DNA of 64,000 nucleotides from Eledone cirrhosa (lineage: Eukaryota): assembly GCA_964016885.1 (NCBI GenBank), contig OZ024742.1, positions 32,674,001 to 32,738,000 of the forward strand. The letters run 5' to 3'. Every line of letters starts with the position of its first letter. Positions within the stretch are counted from its first letter, which is position 1. Positions 54,221 through 64,000 of this stretch are shown in pieces. A program made the translations under genes and the position numbers. The notes under the pieces are model-generated. The model saw only the letters and a list, made by a program, of their open reading frames with translations, made no database searches and had not been told where the DNA came from.

Positions 54221-55264
54221 TATTTTTTTTTTTTTTTACATTTGTTTGAATTATTTTAAATTATAAATTTCTCCTTTGTCCTGTGACAGCCCACTGCAAC
54301 ACATTGCTGAAAGTGTTCCTCGTGGACAGTTTGACTGAACAGGGGTCACTTTTATCAATTGATTACACAGCACAGCAGTGGTGCTTATCACAACGACAAG
54401 GGTTCAATATGCAGCTGTTTAAATGAAGATAGGGGCTGGCTAGAAAAAAGTATTGTTGTGGCTATATATATATATATATATATATATTCATTACACACAT
54501 AATTATTTATAAATTGCAGCTATTATGGTTGCTATGGTGCAATAATTAGTTTACAATGTTTATTTGGCTTTTTTGCACATAACTTGGTGTCAGCTCTAAC
54601 TGCTTGTCTAGCTATCTTCCAAAGAGAGGGCCATAGAGGGATTAGTTAGTCTGTCTAGAGAGGAGGGCAGGGCTGTTAAGGATTAATTAGTCTGTCTATC
54701 AAGAAAGGAAGGTGGGTAGCCATGAATGGATTGGTCATTCTTTACTTCCCTACCGCCCCCTTCCCTTCTTCTTCACAACACATCTATTTAGCCCTGTCTG
54801 TTAGACACCCTTAAGTCTAACCTATTACTAAAAGGGCTGCTAAGTTGCAGAATTGTTAGTGACAGACAAAATGCCTTGTGGTGTTTACTTACATCCTTTT
54901 GCATTTTGAGTTTAATTCCTGTCAAGTTTGATCCTATATTTTATTCTTCTACGATCAATCAAATACAATACCAGTTACATACAGGGGTTCATCTTATAAT
55001 CAGGTCCAGAGTAGATAATGTGACTTTCAGTACAGCACCCTCTGTAGTATATGTATTGTTAATATGAGGGTTACATTTTAAAGTTCTTATAAGCTGAGGT
55101 TTCCTGAGATTTTGTTGGTGAATTTTTCTATCATATTCTGATTAACCAAAGACCTCTGACCACCAGTGGTGAAGTTTAGGTGGCCATATTCTTGAGATCT
55201 CAAGGTCTATATTCACAGAAATAGACTATTTCTGTGAATAGTCTGTTGTTATCATTACATAAGA

Positions 55265-55437
55265 TATCAGTAGGTCAGACGCCATGCTTTGCAGCATAGT
55301 TACTCCCCTTTAATGTATGAGTTCAAATCCCGCTGAGGTTAACGTTGCCTTTCATCCTTACGGGGTCAATAAAATAAAGTACCAGTAATGTACTGGAATA
55401 ATTGCTGGCCTTGTGCCAAAAGTAGAAACAATTATTA
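55265..55437 (+). mobile_element. SINE family 2 (further copies at ~48625-48820, 60360-60551 and 62055-62228)
   Basis: Homology to 43830-44017. The 62055 copy has TSD ATTATTACTCCTGTCT. Confidence 0.8.
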
Positions 55438-56508
55438 TTACATAAGGTGGGGTGGGGTGTAAATGACTAAACCAGTAAAATGTTGGCCTAATAACTATAC
55501 AGTACTTAATCTGCCCTCCTCACCTCTTGATTCCAAGTTCAAATCCTGCCAAGGCCGACTTTACCTTCCATTCCTCTAGGGGCTTGATAAAATATATGCG
55601 AGTGGTTGAGGGGATAGGCAGGAGAAAGGGTTTCACTAACTAGATAAATTATCCTTTTTCAATAACTGGCCTTGTACTTAAATTAGAAATTGTTTTTGTT
55701 GTTAGGGTGGTGGAATGTTTTGTGCTATTCTGGTTCTTTATGTCCTGAGTTCAAATCCTGCCAAGATCAGGATTTCATCCTTCTGAGGTTGATAAAACAG
55801 TACCAGTCGAATATTAATGTTGATTTCAGCGATTATACTTTTTCTTCCTAAAACCTTTGACTTTATGCCTGTTACAAATCATTACTATTATGAATAGAGA
55901 GAGAAAGAGAAAAATAAGGTTTGGTACTACTGCTTGTGATGATGACTAGAAGCTACTATTACTACTGTGGAATTCTTACGATGAAATGTATTTTTTTATC
56001 CATCTTCCACTCTGCACACATCAAACAATTTATTCCTTTGGAAGTGAAAAGAAAGAAACCTCTGTCTCTCTGAATTCCGACCTCAAGAAATGTATGCTGA
56101 GTTGCCTCCCTTGCCAGATCAACTGCTAATTCATGTTCCTGTCTTCTCACTTCAAACATCTTTGTCTCCTTAAGACTGACCACCTTTTCATTGGGCCATT
56201 CCCTCTGACTGATTCCATCCTCTTACTGGATAGCAGCCCTGAATTGACCACATTCTCTAGCTAAACCTTTTCTGACTGGACCATTCCCTCTGGTTGACCC
56301 TTCTCAAATGCCATTGTCCACACATTTGTTCTGTCTGCTGTACCTGCCATTCCAAACACTTGTCAATTCCTGTTGCTAACCTCAGGCTTTCATCCGTATA
56401 CATGCATATATATATCTATATATATATAAAGCTTTCATGTGTGTGTATACACACACACTCACATATATGTATACTAAAACAAATAGTATTTTTCTTCCTT
56501 TTTTGGTA

Positions 56509-56514
56509 AATAAA
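56509..56514 (+). terminator. Candidate polyadenylation signal of the UCH gene
   Basis: AATAAA in non-repeat sequence ~2.5 kb after the stop, followed by a T/GT-rich tract. No transcript evidence. Confidence 0.3.
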
Positions 56515-56939
56515 GCATTTTGCTTCTGGCTACTACAATGCGTTTGCTATTTATTTGATTTTTTAACAACCTGAATCTGGTAGTGGTGTGTGTGTGTGAT
56601 CTGGTTTAATCTTTTGTTTTGTTTGTTGGAGCAACATTCAACATGGGTCTCATTAATTGTTGAGGTTTTTGTATGTGTTGGATCTGTTTTCTATTTAGCA
56701 ATGAGTGTTCCAGTTGTTTGATCAATGGTTACAGCCTGCTCATGAAATTAATGTACACGTGGAGCTCCTTTTAACATAAATCTTCGGGAGATTTCAGTGT
56801 AACAAGGCTGGATCTTTTAATTTAACCCTTTAGCATTTAAACTAGCTGTATCTGGCCAGAATTCTCACACCTTTCTGTTCAAACTGGTCGTAACTGGCCA
56901 CTCATACTGATGTTAAAGTATTGTTCTTAAAATAAATAT

Positions 56940-59180
56940 AAGCAGGGTACATTACATAGAGACCAAGAGGGAAGCTAGGCGACAAGTATACTTAGCTAGG
57001 AGGGAAGCAGAGGATAGAAAATTCAAGCATGTTTTGCAACGTGACGTGTTCAAGATTGCGAGGCAGTGTGTCAGAGAGAATTGTGATGTCATTGGAGAGA
57101 AGTGTATCCGGAATGATAAAGGTGAGCTTGCCCTCACAAGTGCTGAGAAGAAAGATGCATGGAAGAGTCATTATGATAGATTACTAAATGAGGAGAATGC
57201 ATGGGAAGTAGAGACCCTACCCCAAGTAGACCCTATAGAGGGGCCAGCAGCAACGTAGTAAGGCAAAGATATGAAGATGGGGAAGGCAACCGGTCCATCG
57301 GGTATAGCTGCCGAGATGCTGAAGGCATCTGGGTCTGTAGGTCACACTATAACCACACGTATTGTTAACCAGGTAATACTAGAAGGTGTCATACCAAAAG
57401 ATTGGTGCAGTAGCATCATTGTCAACTGCTACAAAGGTAAAGGCGATGCACTAGATAGAGGTATAAAGCTGATGGACCAGGTCATGAAAGTAACAGAAAG
57501 AGTTATAGCACAGTTGATTAGGGACCGGGTGAAACTAGATGAGATGCAATTTGGGTTTGTACCAGGAAAAGGCACCACTGATGCCCTCTTCCTTGTGAGG
57601 CAGTTACAGGAAAAGTACCTAGCTAAAAGTAAGCCACTCTACCTGGCATTCGTCAATCTTGAGAAAGCCTTTGACAGAGTTCCACGTGCTGTAATCTGGT
57701 GGGCTCTTAGAAAACTAGGAGTAGATGAATGGCTTGTGAAAGCGGTACAAGCCATGTATAGGGGAGCAATCAGCAAAGTTAGGATTAGCAATGAGTATAG
57801 CGAGAAATTTAGCGTACAGGTTGGGGTCCACCAGGGCTCTGTTCTTAGCCCTCTCCTGTTCATCATAGTCCTGCAGGCAATAACGGAGGAGTTTAAGACC
57901 GGATGCCCATGGGAACTCCTGTATGCTGATGACCTCGCACTTATAGCTGAATCTATGGTAGAACTAGAGAAGAAATTCCAAACTTGGAAGCAGGGACTAG
58001 AAAGAAAGGGTCTCAAAGTCAACATGACAAAGACTAAGGTCCTTGTAAGTAGACGAGAAAACAGAACCCAGATCCCCTCAGGGAAATGGCCTTAATCAGT
58101 ATGTAGGAAAGGTGTAGGTAGGAACTCCATTCTCTGCCCCAAATGCAAACAATGGGTACACAAGAGATGTAGCGGGATCTCAGGAAACTTAATTAAGAAT
58201 GTAGGCTTCACATGCAGCAGCTGTGCTGGGACAGCAAGCAGCAAACAGCCACAGGAAACAAGTACCACCAATCTCTTGGAGGGCTCTGTAGAGACAGTAG
58301 ACAGCTTCTGCTACCTAGGTGACCGAATTAGCAGCGGAGGTGGGTGTTCAGAAAGTACAATAACTAGAGTAAGAACGGGATGGAAGAAGTTTAGGGAACT
58401 ACTACCACTGCTAGCTGCAAAAGGCTTCTCCCTCAAAATGAAAGGCAGACTGTATGATGCATGTATCCGAACAGCGATGTTGCATGGTAGTGAGACCTGG
58501 GCGCTGAAGGTGGAAGACTTACGTAGATTAGAGAGAAACGAAGCCTGCATGCTCCGATGGATGTGTGTAACTAATAAACGCGAACGACAAAGCATAAATG
58601 AATTGAGAGAGAGACTGAGCATAAGAGAAATCAAATGCTGTGTGCAGGAGAGGCGGTTGCGCTGGTATGGACATGTGATGCGTATGAAGGATGACAGCTG
58701 CATAAAAAGGTGCAGAGCACTAGAAGTCGATGGAAACCGCGGAGTGGGGAGACCCAAGATGACCTGGGATGAGGTGATAAAAGCCGACCTACCCAATTAC
58801 ACCTCTCAAAGGCGATGACACACGACCGTGACCTCTGGCGTCACGCAGTAATACAGAGTACCCGACCTCCCATGGGTACAAGCTGAAGCATATAGACAAT
58901 ATGGCCCCACACCCTCCCACTGCTAGGTGGTCGTGGAGGTGCCACGGCAAAAAAGCACCCAGCCCACACTGTAAAGTGGACGTGTAGGCGCCACGAAAAA
59001 GCACCCAGCACTCACTGTAAATGAGGTTGGTGTTAGGAAGGGCATCCAGCTGTAGAAATCAAGCTAAATCAGTTCCTGTATGAGCAACGCATGGTCAGCC
59101 GACCATACACTGCCCCACAACAGGACAACCCGTCTAACCCAAGCTAGCGTGGAAGAACAGACGTAAAACGGTGATGATGA
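56940..59180 (+). mobile_element. 5'-truncated RTE LINE family B inserted in a MITE family 1 copy (56822-56939 and 59181-59246)
   Basis: ORF pieces 57034-57258, 57271-58095 (YADD) and 58276-58818. MITE sequence resumes after the (GAT)n tail. Confidence 0.9.
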
Positions 59181-59913
59181 ATCTCATAGATTCAATATTA
59201 TGTGATATAATTACATGAGGTAATGCCTTTACCGTGAAAATACTATATCATCAATTTCCTATAATATCCATTTTCCACGCTATCATGGGTTAGATGGTAC
59301 AACTCATTTTCCCAGCTGATTGGGTTGGAATGAAATGCATGGTCTTATCGTAAACTGAATACTGTAACTACCAAGCCTCATGTCTTCACTGTTGGTAGTT
59401 GAATACTGTAGTGTTTGGTATATTGAGATGGTCATGTCTAACCTAGTGTTAAACTAACAAAATGCATTCAGTCCACACTGTAAAGTGGCTGGTGATAAGG
59501 ACATCCAGCCAGTAAAACCTATGAAGTTAAAACATATGTAGAAATAATGATGAATCCAGTAAAGTACAATTTACTGAGAAATATTCCTAATTCCTATGTA
59601 ATTGATTTTTATTATATATTTTATATTATTTTATAAAACACTATTTACATTATGGTAACTGTATGGCCTTTTTTGCCATATGATACACGAACATCTAAAA
59701 GTTTTTATTTTGAATTCATGGAACAAAAGTCTAATACATTGAAAGTGGTGTGTATATATTTTAGATGTTCTAAAATGCTTTCAATCATATCAGAATTAGT
59801 GTTATGTGTCAATGGTGATGTCCACACAAAAATAAATATATAAAATCCAGGTCCAGCAAATAGTGAAAAAGTTTTAAAATATATTTTTAAAAATTTGTGT
59901 ACTCACTATATGT

Positions 59914-59995
59914 GCCTTTACTGCGGTTTCAAGCTCCAAAATAAACGGATAATCCAAGCGGATCTTCATTGAGAAGGAAACTATCTTCAGAAGGC
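59914..59995 (-). ncRNA. Type I hammerhead (slightly degenerate) in a solo pLTR-like relic (~59880-60125)
   Basis: Minus strand reads GCCTT-CTGAAGA-t-AGTTTC...GGAGCT-t-GAAA-CCGCAG-TA-AAGGC. Confidence 0.65.
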
Positions 59996-62900
59996 TCTTC
60001 TTGCTCAGAGAATATAAAATTCCCGAGTTTAAATCACAGACTGACGCCATACAAAACCATTCCCAGATGAGAGTGAATGATGAAAGAAATAATTCTGTCT
60101 GGTGCCGCGTGCAAAGACAATATATTGGCACCTGGTTGGGTGGTTAGAGAATTGGATCCACAATCGTGAGGTGATTTCAGTTCCCGGACCAGGTGATGCA
60201 TTATGTTCTTGAGCAAGACACTTTGTTTCACATTGCTCTTGCTTAGATTTGCGATCAAGATATTATTAGCAATTGGAAAGACCTATGGAAACATTGAGTT
60301 CAAATCCTGCATCCTGTCCCTGGGAAAATGACATGATACGACTAGGGTACTTATTAAAATGGGAGATTGGCAGTATCGGTAGAAGGTCGGACGCCATGCT
60401 TTGCAGCCTAGAGTTACGTCCATTTATGGTCTGAGTTCAAATCGCGGCGAGGTTCACTTTGCCTTTCATCCTTACGGGGGTGGATAAAATAAAGTACCAG
60501 TAATGTACTGGGATAATTGCTGGCCTTGTGCCAAAAGTAGAAACAATTATTAAAACACCTAAAAAAAACCTCTTATGAAATACTTCACCAGAGGCTGGCT
60601 AAACCTATACAAATGTGAACCAAGAAAAAAAACAATATAGGTGCAGGTATGACTATGTGGTTAAGTATTTCACTTTGCAACCACATGGTTCCTCATTCAG
60701 CCTGTGTAGCACCTGGGACATGTGTCTACTATAGCCCCAAGTTGACAGATGCCACATGTCTGGAATTTGGTACATGTAATCAGAAGAACATGTCTATATT
60801 TCCCTTTGTGTCTATTTCCTAGAACTTAGCATTTTGACAAAATGAGATCAGTAAAAAAATATACTAGGGTTAATAAGATCAACTAAAATCTGTTTAACCC
60901 TTTTAATATCAAAGTATCCCTGGTTTTTATGATATAAAACTTTATTTTAAAGTGTTTATATTTATCTAAAAACCTTCCATAATTTTATGGAAGAACCTTT
61001 ATGTTATCTTCCAAACATCAGCTGAATGGTAAAGTTATATTACTAAATTCCTTCAAATTCTTGATTATTTGAAAATCATAGGAAGTGTCTTCCATTATAA
61101 ATATGGTAACAAAAGGTTTAACATGTAAGGTGGTGCCCCAGCATTCTAATGACCGAAATCAGTAAATATGGTAATGAAATGTTTGTGGTAGTACCTTAGC
61201 AGTCTAATTAGATTGCTGGTGTCCCAGCAATCTTAAGAGTAAACCTGCAAGAAATGTCCATAATTATAATGAATCCAAATGAAAGAAGGAAAACAAGAAG
61301 CACAAAAGTAATTTATTTGAGGTCATAAATTAATTAATTCAAAGTAGTTTTAATATATAGAAATTCAATTAATTAAAAAATAGTGACGGCAGAGGATGAG
61401 ATGGTAAAATGATAATTTGATCTCAAAGTATTTTGATTTAGTTAGTATTATTACATGTATCAAATAAATAAAAGTAAAATTAAAGTCTGTTCCAAGCCCA
61501 GAGATTATTCTGATTTTATTGGCATTAAGCCAGTCCATAACGGGTCGGGTCAACAACCCCCAGCTGAGTTAACTGGAGCAATGTGAAATGAAGACTTTTG
61601 TTCAAGTACACAATGCACCATCTGGTCTAGAATTGAATCCATGGCATTATGATCCAACTCCCTAATTACTAGACCATGTGCTTTAAATCAAATATCAAAT
61701 TAATTAATAGTTCTAATTATGGAAATAATGTTCATTTCATTATCAGCATCGTTACTGCTGATAGATACAAAAGAGTACCACTTCAAAATACTTCATTTAA
61801 AATATTTAGATTTGTCTCTATACTTTAATTAAGATTCCTGCCTCTGTTGACTTTGCTTTCCATCCTTTTGTATTTCAGAAAATAACCCTTGCCACAAATA
61901 TTTCTGACTGTATTATTAATTGTAAAATTTACATCAGCAAACATTGTTATATTTTGTTAGTTGCACACCTAAAGTTAAGTGCTTTGGGGGCCATGGACCC
62001 AGTACAATACCAATGATGGAATTTGAACTGTTCATATTATTACTCCTGTCTGACGGTAGAGGGTCTGACTCCATGCTTTGACGCATAGAGTTACGGCCCT
62101 TGCCATTCTGAGTTCAAATCCCACCAAGGTCAAATTTGCCTTTCCTCCTTACAGGGTCGATAAAATAAAGTACCAGTAATGTACTGGGTAATTGCTGGCC
62201 TTGTGCCAAAAGTAGAAACAATTATTACTCCTGTCTTAGAATTAAATTCAACATATTTTATTGACTCTAAAATGATGAAAAGCTAGAATAACAGTGATTA
62301 CTTGCTTCTTCCTAACAAAATGACAAACTCTCAGTAAATACCATGCCATGAGCTGCACAGTTTATTTTTATTTTTAGTAACAATAACTTGAGATGGATGG
62401 TAGTGTTGTTAGTAACTCATGCTTCAAAACTATCACTTGATATGTTATATTGAAAACACAACTGTGCTCAAGTTTGGTCATTTTCATTAATCTTTCAAAA
62501 CCTTTACAGAAGGATAACATTAGTGGTGTATTAGTCACATACTTAGCATATGATTGTAAACTATCATGGGAGTGGTAGGAGATCACGGATGCCTGATTTA
62601 ATATTTCTCAACTGTTGAAGTATAGCAGTTATTATAATTGGATTCAAGTATGCTGTATCTGTGTGTTAATGTTTGGTTTATATTCTGATATTAGTGGAGT
62701 CTTCAAAGTTGTTTACCTCATTTTCTGTTGAATTCTATACAGAATTCTAGTGTTATGGACTAATGTAGTTCTATCTATATCTTTTTTTTAACTGTATGGA
62801 AATGTGTAGCGATGGCTCTTTGTAAGTGCATGGTTAACCAATGTGTAAGTGTAGTTGCTTTTGTGACTGATGTAACAATTTTAGTCAGGAATCTCACTAT

Positions 62901-63691
62901 TTTCATGTTTGCTTTCAAATATATATATCACATTGGTCATTTGCAATATGTTCTACAGTTTACCAGTCTCTGGTTGCATATTAAGCTTTTAAACCAGCTA
63001 TATTCGGCCAGAATTCTCTCACCTCTTTCTCTTCAAACTAGCTGTAACCAGCTGCTCATTCTGATGTTCTCAAAATATATAATATCAAAATCATAGATTC
63101 GATATTATGTGAGATAATTATGTGAAGTAAAGCCTTTACTGTGAAAATACAATAGTATATATAGAGTAATGTAAATGCTAAAGGGTGAATGAGGAGTTTT
63201 TTTTATATTTTGGTATTTTTGTAGTATATTCTAACTATGGGGGTTAGGGTTGATGCAGGTTATGTTTTGTTTTATGAGAATTTTAAATCAGGTGTTCATG
63301 ATCTACCACTGTCATGATAGCTGACTACCATTGCTAAGCATATGGCCAGTACACCTCTATGACCATTCTGACTTTGTAAATGGAATCAAGGTTTTGAAAC
63401 ATTAGTACACACATGTTCCAAACTAATAAAAAAAAAATAAGGAAATATGAAAAATCTTTAATAAAAAAGACCACACAAGAGCAGAGTCATATTTTGAAAA
63501 TAACATGTTTGGAAGAAAAGCTGTTCCCTACTTATACAAGTGTGCTTTTGTGGAGGGAGAGGTCAACTAAGAGCAGAGTATTGCTTAAAAGTTACTGATA
63601 GCCACACAAAGAAGTATTTCATCGTGTGGCCGTGGGTAGCATGGAACTTTGGTTACAAAAAGATATAATCTCATACACACACACATATATA

Positions 63692-63879
63692 TAGAAGTGG
63701 TTACACAACAGTTATTTCACCATACCGAGAACAATTGTTTCACCTTAGTGGATCCTCAGCTCGTAAGGTGAAACAATTGTTCTCGGTGTGGTGAACTAAC
63801 TGTTGTGCAACCACTTCTACCTAACTCGTCCCATGGACTGAGTGCTCTACCACTACGGATATTACCTTCCAGTGTTCTA
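63692..63879. repeat. Dispersed repeat with a 56-bp-arm palindrome (copy B)
   Basis: Arms 63692-63747 and 63764-63819 with a 16-nt loop. Homologous to 30927-31109. Confidence 0.85.
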
Positions 63880-64000
63880 CCACTATATATATATATACAT
63901 GCACACACCCATTTTCATCATTTACAGTACACTTCTCCATGTTGGCATGAGTTGGACCATATATGGAGTGTCTGTGATGGGAAGACCTCCATGCAGAGCA

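Overview
Repeat-rich animal genomic DNA, most likely from an octopus or other coleoid cephalopod (inferred from the repeat families and very long (TA)n tracts). The only host gene is a + strand ubiquitin C-terminal hydrolase (UCH-L1/L3 family). Seven spliced coding exons were traced at 35753-54022 with the Gln/Cys/His/Asp catalytic residues intact; its first exon(s) were not found. The rest is transposon-derived: several RTE-clade LINE families (one near full length), a CR1 LINE, a CRE-like fragment, two tRNA-derived SINE families, TTAA-flanked and TA-flanked MITEs, minisatellites, and a Penelope-like element (RT + GIY-YIG) with ~800-bp inverted terminal repeats. The most striking signal is a hidden layer of type I hammerhead ribozymes read directly from the sequence. 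It includes a non-coding ~470-bp tandem array with one hammerhead per monomer plus an inverted copy (retrozyme-like), a 524-bp 1.2-mer, hammerheads in the Penelope termini and several solo relics. It also includes three palindromes that look like hammerheads folded back on themselves at stem II.
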